Source: Podospora anserina (lineage: Eukaryota). From it: a stretch of 64,000 nucleotides of DNA. Below the pieces are notes generated by a model. It saw only the letters and a program-made list of their open reading frames with translations. It was not told the origin of the DNA and ran no database searches. Shown piece by piece: positions 13,301 through 26,400 of the stretch (position 1 is the stretch's first letter; each line of letters begins with the position of its first letter). The position numbers were made by a program, and so were the translations under genes. The stretch is from contig CM030332.1 of assembly GCA_017654855.1 (NCBI GenBank), positions 5,022,001 through 5,086,000 on the forward strand, read 5' to 3'.

Positions 13301-16270
13301 TTCCAAACCTTTCTTATAATTAATTTAGAAATTAAATTCCGAAAAAAACTTTAATTATTATATTTACCGTACGTTAAGGACCTTCGTAATAATAAAATAC
13401 TATAGATTTTTATAATCCGTATAGACCTATATTTTATATTTAATATTATTAAAGTATAATCTTTATTCCTCGAATATTTCGATAATAACAAGTAGTTCCT
13501 TATCGTAAATTAAATAGTTTTAACGTACCCCTTCGAGCTTCTTTAAAAAGAAAGCTACCGGGTATAACTTACCGTCATCGTTTCGCTACCTTAATTATCT
13601 ACCGATTATATAATCTAATATATTCGCCTCAACTTTAAATAGTTAACTAGGGTTTAGTAATTTAAGTACCGGGTCCTTTAAAATAGCCTCTTTTAGCTCT
13701 TAAAAGGCTTACTTTTTTTTTTATCCCTACCGGAACTCTACGTCCTTTTTAATTAAGTAATTAAGTAACCGCGCGATACTTACGTATCTACAAATAAATA
13801 TCTAATAGAAGTTTATAAACCTTAAGAATTCTTTAATATATATTTATAATTATAATATAGGCCAGTCCTTAATTACCGTAATTTTCCTAAGTTCTATACG
13901 AACCTCTCCTAATAATATTAAAGATCCTAAATATACTATTTTCTATATATAAAACTCATTCTTTTTTTTATTAATTAAAAATCCGGCTCTATATAGCGCG
14001 TTAAATATTTTTCGTACGTATCGCTTATACTTCTTTAAAGTACGTAAGTAAATAAAAACGTTATTGAGATAGTATATTACTATCTTATCGAAATACTTCC
14101 GGATTATATAATTAATAAAAGATTAGAATATTACGGGTATATTAATTAATTTAAATAGTGATATAAAATACTCGAAATAATTATAGGGTATACAAAATAC
14201 TATTTTCTATTTATCCCCTTCTTTAATCCGTATATAGGTATACCCGATAAATATATTTAAACGTATAAAATATTATACCTTTACTAATTAATTCTATAAC
14301 TTAAATATTAATAGTAATAAATAATTATTTTTTCTTATTTCGTTATTTAATTAATAGTAATTTATATATAATCGTAAACTACTATCCTTTTTTAGTATAA
14401 AAAATACGGGGTATTTTATTAATAATATAAATTCTTTAATATATTTTTTTTTAAACTTTTATTTAAATATTTCCGTAATTTTTTATTTTATTTATTATTA
14501 ATATAATAAACCTTAAATAACTATAGTTTAGTTTCTTTTTTTAATTTAATTTTATAGTTTTATAGTCTTCGCTTTAAAAGTCCCTCTAAATATTTAACCG
14601 TAAAAGTTAAATATCCTTAATATTCTACCGGTACTACTTTTTTCTTACTTTTTTCTATATTATTATAGTAAGTATATTTATGAACATCCGATATTTCTAT
14701 TAACGTTATTAACCCTATTTCTTTAATTTTACCGCCTATATCGATAAAATACATTATTATTTCTTAAGCTCCTTACGGTAGTACCGTGGAAAGTACTTAT
14801 CTTACACTCTACTCCGTATATACGCCTAATCTCCTATCGTTAATTAAATATTTTTGAAGCTTTTTTAATCGTAAGTAATTACTATCCCTTTAATCGATAT
14901 CTAAATTATAATCTTTATACTATAGTTACTCTAAAATTATATTTTTCGAGGGTCCTATATTTATAATATTAAATATAATTAATATTATTTTTCTTTCGAC
15001 TATAATATTTAAAAATAATATTTTTTTATAAATTTTTTATATTGGAAATAGTTTTTATATAATAAATTTTTTTTTTCTATAATATTTTAATTTAATATAT
15101 AAATTATAATAAAATTAAATTTATCTCCGTATTATTATTTACTAATATTATTATTTAAATATTTTTTTAATACGTTATAATTTAAAAGTATTTATCTCTC
15201 TTACTTTCTCCTTATACAGTAACGACCTCGCTAACGAGTATCGGGTCGTTATCCTATACTTTCGCCTTACGTTAATACCTTCGAAAATATTATTCGTGGT
15301 CCGTTAAAGGTTAACGGCCCCCGCGAAAGGCCGCGAATTATTTTTTAAGTAGTTATATCGTTTAAAAATATTTTTCTACTCCGGATTATTTAATAATATA
15401 AAGTCTTTTAATTATATCCGCCTAACTTCCTCCTATCTCCCGTCTTTTATATACTTAATATTCTTTTATATATATATTCGATAATAGTTTTTCGCTTTAC
15501 TTTATTAATACCTAATAACTATAATCTCTATAACTCTCGGTTCTTTCGATATAATAATTACTATAATCTTCTTTTTTATCCGAATCGTTTAAGTACCCTA
15601 TAGTCTTTCTTAAAATATTTTATTTTATTATAATTAAAATATTTAAAATTATTTCTACCCTAACTTTATAGTCTGTATTACTAAATAATATTAATTTCTA
15701 TAGGCCCTACGTATATAATCCCCGAAACGTACATTCCGTACGGCCGTCTTTTCCTTTTATCGTTAAGGTAGTAAAGTCCTTATACACGTATATCCTTACG
15801 CTCTTTACGGCACTAATATTATTAATCGTTAATACGGACTATTATTATAATATACTTATCGATAGTCTCCGGTCGCTCCATTCGATATAGTTTATCTTTA
15901 ACTTTTTCTTTAAACCCGTTATAAAATAATTATATTAACCCTTTATCGTTAATTATATTATAAAATATATTTATCCTAAACACTATAGTATAATCGGTAG
16001 CAAATCGAATCTATTTAAAGTTAACTAGTCGCTCCTAGACACGCCTACCCTCGTCGTACTCTCTAAATACCTTCTTAATCTTCTCTTTAAAACCTTTATA
16101 CGATTTAAAATACTTTTTCGTAATATCCTCCCTCTCGTTATATTTATTATCGAAGTAATCTCCCAAAATCGGCTCGAACTAAGTAAGTGTTTTGTCCTTA
16201 AGCCTAGACGCGGCATATACTACTTTAGATTCCTCGTCTGGGAAACGAGAAGGATAGTATTAAAAGTAAA
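10394..16270 (-). mobile_element. Ty3/Gypsy chromovirus (family A), RIPed, 5'-truncated; 3' LTR 10394-10811
   Basis: Colinear reverse complement of 26850-35006 (gag, PR, RT, RH, IN, chromodomain). Polypurine tract at ~10818-10828. The LTR 3' half matches 32280-32473. Confidence 0.9.
10950..11640 (+). pseudogene. Antisense extra ORF of Gypsy A copy 1 (Zn2Cys6-like + coiled coil), RIP-inactivated
   Basis: De-RIP of 11041-11148 reads MPCSRCQRAKLQGRCVMKEGSNRCSNCVRVNKSCDG. Downstream reads LTRLRKQRTSIRDQG..RGMESLDEVD. Boundaries approximate. Confidence 0.7.
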
Positions 16271-19200
16271 TGTTAAAATGCAGCATTTATTCATGGATTT
16301 TACAGCACTTGTTTATGGAATTCTGCGCCCACATTACTCCCAACAGCTCCCCCACTCGCGTTCCCAACGGCTCGCCCACAGCAGCTCGCCCTTAAGCTTT
16401 TAACGGCTCGCCCACAGAGGCTCGAGCGCTTTTAAGCTCCCAGGATTCCTTACCGGACCTCCGAGTAATAAGACCGTGGTATAAGAAGCCTTATAAGTAA
16501 TACGAGTATTTTATTGGTTACGAAATTAAATTACGAAAAGCTTTATAAGTAATACGAGCGTTTTATTAATAAGTTTATTACCTTATAACTTTACCGAACT
16601 AGAGATCTAAGTTACTAGGGTTATTAAGCGATAAGGAGCGATAAAAATAATAAAGAAGTTTAGGTACTTATAAAGAGCCCTTTTTTAATCGTAATAGTTT
16701 TTTTATTTTTTCTTTTTTTTAAGAAAAATAATAAATTAAATTAATTAAATAAATTAATTATTTATAATACTTTATATAAAATTATAATATTTTAATATAC
16801 TTTTTTTTATATTTATAAGAAATTTTTATTATACTTTTTTCCTTCGATAATTATATTATTATATTTAATAATATAGTCCGAAATTCGTTAAAACCTTAAA
16901 TAATTACTTTTCTTTTATAAAACCTTTATAGTATAAAGCTTTTAATAATTTTATTTTAATAAATTATTTTAATAAATTATAAACCCGGGCTTATTTATTA
17001 ACCTCGGCGAATATTATAGTACTATATTTTTAAAGCGAAATAAAAAAACTTAAATTATAAACCTTTAATGCTACCTCTAGTTTTCTATAGTTTATTCTCT
17101 AGGCCTTACTTATAATTTTATAGTAGGAATAGACTCTAGTATAGTAAATTAAATTCCTATAAATCTATAAATTATTTTTAACGTTTAAACCGAATAATTT
17201 ACGGTACGGCTCGAATTATAATTTAATTAACGGTTTTAAAATATTATAGGAAGGTTCTAAACTATAATTTAAACCTAAAATAATTAAATTAATAAATTAC
17301 TAACGGCTCTTTCTATACCTTTAAGTTCCGCTATAGTTTTGGGTAATAACTTAATACTATTAATTACTATAATATTATTTACTCCAGTAATTTTTAGTTT
17401 TTTATCGAAGGACCTCGCCAAATAAAGTTTTTAACTTAATAAAAAGTAAAGACTTACGGGTCCCGATAACTATTATTAATAAATCTAAACCCTCTCTATT
17501 TAATTATAAATCTTTAAGGTTACTAGTTTTTTTTAAAAATCTAATAATAATAGTTTTAATCCTCTTTAACGTTTAAAAAACTTATTTAATTTTAATTATT
17601 TATAACTTACTTACTTAAAATCCTTTAATTACTATTAAAATAAAAAATTACTTTATAATTATCTTTAATCGCCTAAAAGCTTAATATACTTTAACGTAAT
17701 TAATATTAAAAAATTAACTTTATAAAATTTATTATTTTTTAAAATTTAATAATATAATATTTATAATTAACTTTAATATTAAATTTAATACCTTTATTAT
17801 TAAACTATTAAATTTAAAAATTATAATTTAATTTATTAACTAAATTAATTACTACCTAAACTCCTTAAAATTTAATTTTTTATAATAATATAAGCGTTTA
17901 AAAACTTTACTTTATTATTAATAATTCCTTAAACCTACCTCCGGAGGAAACTTAAATTTAAATTTCTTTTAAAAAAACTTATTAGCCGAAACTCGGGATA
18001 TAATATTTACGACTTATTAAATACTCTCTTTACTATAAAATTAACGCCGTAATATTATTAAGAAAAGTAAAATATTTTAAAATAAATTTAAAAATTAAGG
18101 ATCTATTAATATCCTTATTATTAATAATAAATATCGGAAACGTAAAAAAAGTAATAATAAATTAAAAAAAGAGAATTCGTAAACTTTATTATAAAAGTTG
18201 TTTAACTAAAAAAACTTTATAAACGTAACCTTTATAGTCGGATTCGACCTAAAAATTAAGTTTTTTAATATACTAAAAGAATTAAAAGACTTTATTAATT
18301 AAAACTAATTTTTTAATTACGCTTATAAAATTTTATAAGAATCCTAAATATCTAATACCGGTTTTATTATTTATATTTATAATAATAAAAATTTATTTAT
18401 TTAACTTTATTAATTTAAGGATTTAAATATTATTTTAATAAATAATAATTTAGTTAGACTATAAGGTTAAAGGACCGTAAAAATTAATTTCTTTATTAAA
18501 ATTATTAATAAAAAACCTAGATTCTTTATTATTAAGTTTATTAAAGCCCTTTATATTCTTAGATTTCCATTAAATATTATAAACGGAAAACGTTTTTACG
18601 ATTTAAAAAATATTTTTATTAATTAAAAAATCTATAACAGTAAACGAAAGTTAATTACTTAATTAAATTTCTAAAAATCTAGCTTTTTTTTAAATATTAA
18701 AGGACAAAAGTCTTCTAGGAGGAATTATTAATATAATTACTCGACCTTTATAATAAAAATTTATAAATCTAATACTTATTTTACCGGAGCTTTTAATAAC
18801 TTTAAAAATATAAATATTTTAAAGGGGATTATCGATTTTACGTTTATTATTTTTCCAATACTTTTTTTTAAAGGACCTTCCGTAAAACTTATATAATTAG
18901 CGATTCTTTAATACATTCGTTTAGGCTATATTAACCTAGATTTTTTAAAAAAAACCTCCCTAATTATAAAAGGAATACTGAACTTCTAGAAACTAAAACT
19001 TAAAGACTTAATTTATAAGAGTTATAACGCTATTAAAATCCTTCGAAGGTTTTTTAAATAGGTAGTTCAAGACCCCCCTTTTATCTTAAACCGTTTAGAA
19101 AAAAAATATTATTTTTATTAAGCTTTTACTATTAACGAAAATTCTTTATACTTTTATTTTAATCGATAAGAAAATTCGATTTAAATAGGTTAAACTATTT

Positions 19201-21196
19201 AAATATAAGGAGGATACTATCGTAAAGGTTCGATTAATAATTAAAAATCTTAAAAATATATTTTAATAATATTTAAATTATTTTTATTATAACGGAAGTC
19301 AAGAAATTCTCCCTCTTTAAACTTACTTTATTAAAAAAAGTATTAACTTTAATACTTTAAGCCTTTGTACGTTTAATTAAAATAATTTTATAAAACGGTT
19401 TATTTATATAATTTTAAATAAATTACGTACTATAATATTTACGTTAAAACTTCTTCCTACTCTTTAAAACTATATAATTAATTTTATAATTAAAATAATT
19501 AATTATATAATTTAATTAATTAAAAAGTTTATACTTTATTAAGTTTTCTATAATAAATTATTCCTTAATTAACCTATTTATATACTTAACTTTACTAATT
19601 ATAAAATTATTAAAACTAAAGTTATTATATATATCCTTACTAAAGATCGAGTCTAAAGAAAAAAACTTACTCTTAAAGGAATAAAAAGTAAGTTTTTTAT
19701 AGTCTTTAGTTACTAAACCTATTTAATTTATTTAGGTTTAAATAAAGTTATTAAAATTAATTTTATTAAACTTTATAAAGACCTTTAAATTTAAATTTTA
19801 GGACTATAGAGTTTTATAAATTTATTAAAGATCGTTAATACTACTAAAGATCTAAAAGATTCTTTTATTTAATTACTTATTTTAAAACTAGATTTTAAAA
19901 TTATTATACTTCCTACGCTTATCACGACTATTAAAATACCTTTTCCTTAGGCTATTAAAAACTAACGTAAAGAATTTTAATTTATAAATAAAATAAATTA
20001 TATTAAATTAATTACTTATTTAGTTTCTAGAACCTAAAAAGCTATAGTACTTTAAACTAAAACTATAAAGTTTAATACTTTTAAATAAACTTTAAAATAT
20101 TCTTAAAAGGATTAATAATTAAAAATAGTTTTTACTAAATTATATTAATTCCTTATTATTAAAACTTTTTACTTTATTAATCGCTCTTAAATTAAAAAGA
20201 AATTTATTATTAATCGATAAATCTTTAAAAAAAAAAACCTATAAAGTATTATAGTAAAGTTTAAAGCCCGGTTAATAACCCGTAAATTCTAATAAACTAT
20301 AGGAATCAATTTTCTTTAAACCTATATATTTATTACCGGCCTTCCTACTTAAAGAATTATATTAATTTTAATAATTATTTTTAATTAAAATATTAAATAA
20401 ATAAATTTTATAAAAACTTTTTTTAACTCTAATATAAACTTTAATATATATATTAAATTACCCAAAGGACTACGTAAATACTTTTATAGTACTCTAAATA
20501 TTATTTTACTATTAAAGTAATTTAATTAGGATCTTATAGAGAACTAAGTTATCCTTCTAAAAAAGTCCCTCTATAGTTTAAAATAAACTTTTTACTTTTA
20601 ATAATAAAAAGTTTTAATTATAGTTAAGTTTTTTAGATTTAAACTATTAATTTTTAATACGGCTATATATTTTTATCTAAAGCATACTATATTTATTATT
20701 GTTAATGTGTAGGTACTACTAAATGCCCTACTTACTGCCCTACAGATTGATATTATAGTGGGCAGTACTGCTATAAGCAGTAATGGAACTTCCCGGCTTG
20801 GATCCCTTTAGAATATTCTTTACAAGGGACCCTTAAAGGCTTATAAGGCTACTGTGGCCTAAAGCTTAGTTAATAGATACTAGAACCTTCCAAAGTAGCT
20901 TATAGGCTTACGTAGTAAGTTGCCACAATAGTGTAATTTACAGGGCACCTCTGCTGCCGAAGGTTCTATGGATTTCCGTGAGTCTACACTAGACCCACCT
21001 AAGCCCACCAAATACCCCAAAGTGGTATAGGGGCTTCCAGGGCCTACAGGACCCACAGTAAGCCTACGAAGGCTTATATATAAACCTCTCCTCTCTCCTG
21101 TAGAATAGTTCTCTTTCTTTCCTTAAGGGCAAAAGCTTAAGGCTAAAGCCAAAGGCCAAGGTCAAGGGTAATAAAGGCAATTCTTATTCCTTATAT

Positions 21197-24100
21197 TAGT
21201 TTAGGGTGCGGCTATAGGCCTGAGAGTATGAGTAAGGAAGCGGGGCTCTCAGAGGACTCAGGGGTTTAGGGGTCATATATATAAGCGGTCTGCTTCGGAC
21301 ATTCTATTTTAGACAGGACATCGACTTTTATTCTTTTTTTTGTATTTTATGCCTTACACGCGTGTAGGCAATTCTGGCCCTCTAATCAGGCTAATCCGGT
21401 ACTTATTATATAGCCTGCGAGCCTATAGTGTCTTTTCTTTATCCTACGTAAAGTGCGGCCTGCGAGCGAGTTACTATCACGCAGGTATGTTTATTCTGAG
21501 ACCTGTTAAGGGTATATTTGTAGTGTTGTGGTTGTTTTATATGTTTTTTTACTATTTTAAATGGAGGTCGTACCCGGGTTAAATAAAGCTTAAGGTCTAA
21601 ACTAGACTTATAAGCTTTAGGTACTAGAGGAAGTATAAAATTACGAACGATAATAAGTATTAATAACTTTATTAAATCCCGCGAAGTTTAACGGAAATAA
21701 TTCTTTTTTATTTAATCGGATAAAGTTTTTTTATTATCGACTAAATTCTAAACTTTTTATCCGCGAATAAAAAGTTAAGTATATAGTTTAAATAGGATTA
21801 GGAAGTAAATTAAAAATATTAATTAAAACTAGTTCGTTAATAAATTTTATTTTCGCGTTAATTATTAAAGTCCTCTTTTATTTTTAGTTAGAAGGAATTC
21901 TTTTAATATATTATTTAACGATAGTAAATAATCGTAAGGATTTCCGGGTTAATTTAACTTAGGATATCGGGAACCTAAAAGTAAAGAAACGAAAATACTT
22001 TCCTTTTAATCTAAATAAATATAATTTATATTTATATATTAAAGTTATAAAGGATAACCGTTTTTATATTTTTAATAATATATATAAGGAAAAAACTATA
22101 TTATTAATATAAACGTAATAGTAATTATTGAGTATCGATATATTTAATAATATCCTACTTATTACTTTAGCTAACCTTCCTAGCGATAACTAAGGGTATT
22201 AAGCTCTTACGGCTCGTTCCGTAATAAAAATAACTATTCCGGCGGCTAGGTTTCCGGAATTATTATTATTTGTCCTCTCCCCGGCTACGAACCGCGCTTA
22301 CTTTAAAGATATTAAAACCCCTCGCTCCCTTTTTAATTAAGGTAGCCCGATTATAAGGCCCAACGCTCCTAACGTACTAGGTGGACCTCGTATTTACCTA
22401 AATCCTGCTACTTAAAATTATACTACGCTTCCCACTCGGTATACCGGATATCCCGCTCCTTTTCCTAAATTCGTATATTAATTCTAATAACCCGGATACT
22501 TATATTCTATAAAAGTTTACTCCGACTATCGCTACTTCCAGGGGTCCCTTACGTTTAATTATCTAACCTCTTATCTTATAGTACCTATATATTTTTTTTA
22601 ACGTAAATTCCTTAATTTAAAGAAAGTCGGTTTTAAAAGTAATTTTAAAGGAAAGTATTTTATAAAATATTTAAAGCGTTTCGAAAATACCTATAAAAAG
22701 TATTATATCGTAAAATTTACTTTTCGCGTTTATAAATTTAAATCCTAATATAATTTCGATATAAGAAAATAAATTAACGAATATATAAACCTACCTATAT
22801 TTACCGATACTTAGCTTATCCTAATTATTTACTTTAAACGCTTCTTTAAGATCTATAACCCCCGATAAAATAAAGATATTTATAAGGAATTAAATAACTT
22901 TTACGTTAAAGTTATTTTTAAAAGTATAAGCGAATTAAAGAAAATTATTTTTAATTACTTTAAATTACTTTCTTAAGTACCGACCGAAGAGAAAGAGGTA
23001 ATAAAAGTTAAAATTATTAACCGCTTTTAAATAAAATTCTTCAAATTAATAAGGATAACCTTTATTAACCGAGGAAGATCCGAACGTCGTTTAAAATCTA
23101 TAAATTTTATTACTTAAAGCGATTAAATTAATAATATAATCGAAGATAGGTATAACGTAAGAAAAAAAATCTATAAAAAAAATAAATTAATTATTATACC
23201 CTCCCTTATTACTTTTAATTAAACGGCCGAAATACTTAATTAATATATAGCGGTTAATATTATAATAAATAAAGAAATAGTATTATAGTATTTAAGGGTA
23301 AATATTTATAGTAATTTCTTTATACTAGGAAATAGTAAATTTAGGATAATAAAAACCCACGTTTAATATTTAAAAAACTAAATACTTTATTCCCTAAATT
23401 TTAATATTAATTTTAATAGGGAAATAGATTTATTTTTTAATACTTTCCTTATTATTAATATTAAAATTTAGTTCGGAAAATTAAAGGGGTAGTACCGCGA
23501 TAGCCCTCCCCCACTAAAAAAATACTTCTAGTGCGGTAAGACTAGTTATTACGTTAAATCGATAGAATATCCGAAAAAGGAGTATAATAAAGCGTAAGGA
23601 TTGTGCTATACTAAAGGAAGTAAAGTATATATCGGTAAAAAAAAGTAGCCGGAAAGTAAAAAAGTATAGTTTAATTAAAAAAATATAAGGAAAGTATAGT
23701 ATAAAGGAAAAGTTAATAACTTAGTTTATATTATAATTTTATTAAAACTAAAATTAAATAGGGCCTATAAAGTTTATACGAAATAAGTTAAGTACTAGGA
23801 AATTCGTAAAGGTAAAGGATATAGGCCCGAAATCTTTTTAATTAAAAGGAAAGAGTAAATAGTTATTTAAATAACTAAAGCTATAAATATTAAATTAAAT
23901 AAGCTTTATAAATACTTTAAACCTTACGTACCGTTTAACGAGAATTTAATTAATAATTATATTATTAAAAATACTTTATAACGTTATTTAATAGAAAAGT
24001 GGTCGCTTAAAAGTATTTTAAAACGTTTTAATAATACTTTAATAATCGTTTATAATTAAAAGGTAGAAGTAGGGGTAGGCGTATAAAAAGTAAAGAAAAT

Positions 24101-26400
24101 AAAGATCGAGGATTTACCGAAAAAGAATATAAATAATTTAGCTTTAGCCGAAAATCTAAAAATAATATTTACTTCCGCGTAAAAAAAATTAAAAATAATT
24201 AAGGAAGGAGTTTCGTCCGATTAGGGGAATAAAGTCCGGAGTAACTTAAAGTTATTTAATAGTAAGGTAGAGGACTCTAAAGATTATATTACCGAAAAAA
24301 CTAAAAAATATATTTATAATTAAATTAAATTTATATTAAAAAAATATTATAAGGTTTTACCTATATTTATTTACCGGTTAATAAATTATATAAAAAGTAT
24401 AGCCGAAGATATTAAAGTAATCGAGTAACGTAGATCTTTTAAGAGTACTTTAAATAAAAAAAAAAAATCTTATAAAAGGGAGAGGCCTTACCGTTAATAG
24501 TTCGGACGAATTTTTAAACGGTTAAATATAGTAAGATTCCTCCGTTTAATTAAAGGAAAACTATCCTTACTTTATATAGGATTACGGCGGATAGTAAATA
24601 TAGTATAGTCGAGGAAAGTATTTAAAAGAAGATTATCGAAAGTAAGGTCTAACCGGGTAATAGTTTAAAAGAGCGATTACGGACTTTACTATCTACGCCT
24701 ATTAGCCGGCTTTCCGGTAGTAAGCGAATTTTTCTAGGAGCCGTTACTCGAACCTATAACGTCCTATTACTATATTATAACTTTGTTTTACTAACTTTAA
24801 AGAAAGTATTAGTAATATTAAATATAGGCTCGGAGTGTAACCTAATTAGTAGGACTATAGCTAAGAGGTTTTATCTACTAATAGTATCGACGAACCTATA
24901 ATCTAAAGGCCTTTATAGAAATCCGGTTACGTTTATAGGTAAGACTTAGGCTCCAGTAATACTAACTAGGGTTTTAATTTTATATTATTTCTTCGTTATT
25001 AATAATATTAAAGCTTTAGGTTTCTATAACCTATTATTAAGTATCCCGTTTTTTACGGATATAAACCTTACTTTTAATTTTATAAAGGGCTATATAATTA
25101 ACGTAAATATATTATATAGGGGAAAGCTAATTAAGGCCTATATAATAAAAAAAAAAGTAATTAATAAAATAAAAGCGGAATATAATAGTAGGGATTGAAG
25201 TAATGCCTCTCCTGCTAGCTAACCCTTATAGGTATTTAAGGGATTAATTAATAAAGGAATACCTATCCCTAAGTAAGTAACGGAGGAGCTGGAGGAAGGG
25301 GAAGAAGATAATAAAGTTGTGGATAGCTTATATAAAAAGGTCTTTGGGTTGTAAGCCTAATTAGAGGGTGCGTAATAAGAAATAAAGGAGGAGGGGCTTA
25401 GAGGACTTAATAGACGCGGAAGGATTTAACTTATTAAGTACCTTCTCGTTTCCTTTTAAATTTCTATTAATTCCCCGGTTTACTTCCTTCCCTAATTCTC
25501 CGTTAACTTTAATTACTATTATTAAAGGAAATAAGTATATTATGGGTCTTCCCTTTAATTATAAAGGGTTTAGACTAAGTAGTATATCGAGTAATTCTTA
25601 ATAACTAAGTAGGGTAGTAACCCCCTTTAGGTTCCGCACTCCTATAACAATAAACTTGCCGCTCCTTTCTAGGCCTATAATTACCCGTCTCCCTATTTAT
25701 AACTACTTAGGATCGTTAATAATATACTTTTCGCTTAATTATATATTTAGTTTTATAGGATAAGAGTGGGCTCCTAAAGTTCTTTAGAGACGAAGGGAGG
25801 AAGTCGTTAGGTTACTAATTATAATAGCTCGATAGGGACGAAAGTATACTCTGAGATCCGAAAAGTAAAGGTACTTTTTTCTTTAATTAAGGGAGAATAG
25901 ATAAAGGGATAATAGGATTATATTGTTTTCCCTTCTTTCTACTAAACGATATTTTCTTTTTTTTTATTTATAAAGGATTTTTTTCTTATATACGTATTTG
26001 CCCACTAGTTTATAGTAGTCAAATGCGAAGGGAGGTTTGGTTTGGGGTGCGGCTATAGGCCTAAGAGTATAAGTAAAGAAGCGGGGCTCTTAGAGGACTT
26101 AGGGGTTCAGGGGTTATATATATAAGCGGTCTACTTCGGATATTCTATTTTAAACAGGACATTGACTTTTATTCTTTTCTTCGTATTTTATACCTTATAC
26201 GCGTGCAGGTAATTCTGGCCCTCTAATCAGGCCAATCCGGTGCTTATTATGTGGCCTGCGAGCCCATAGTGTCTTTTCTTTGTCCTACGTAAAGTGCGGC
26301 CTGCGAGCGAGTCACTGTCACGCAGGTGTGTTCATTCTGAGACCTGTTGAGGGTATATTTGTGGTGTTGTGGTTGTTTTGTGTGTTTTCTCACCATTTCA
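21197..26400 (+). mobile_element. Complete LTR element family C (LTRs 21197-21559 and 26038-26400); gag + aspartic protease only
   Basis: Paired ~363-bp LTRs with 4-bp TSD ATAT/ATAC. PBS at 21562-21580 and PPT GAAGGGAGG before 26038. CCHC knuckle ~23520-23570, protease LDTGSECNLIS ~24815-24850. No RT/IN motifs seen. Confidence 0.85.
21562..21580 (+). promoter_or_regulatory. Primer-binding site of element C, tRNA-Gln-like
   Basis: TGGAGGTCGTACCCGGGTT lies 2 nt after the 5' LTR. It is complementary to a tRNA 3' end ...CCGGGTACGACCT-CCA, which resembles fungal tRNA-Gln. Confidence 0.65.
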
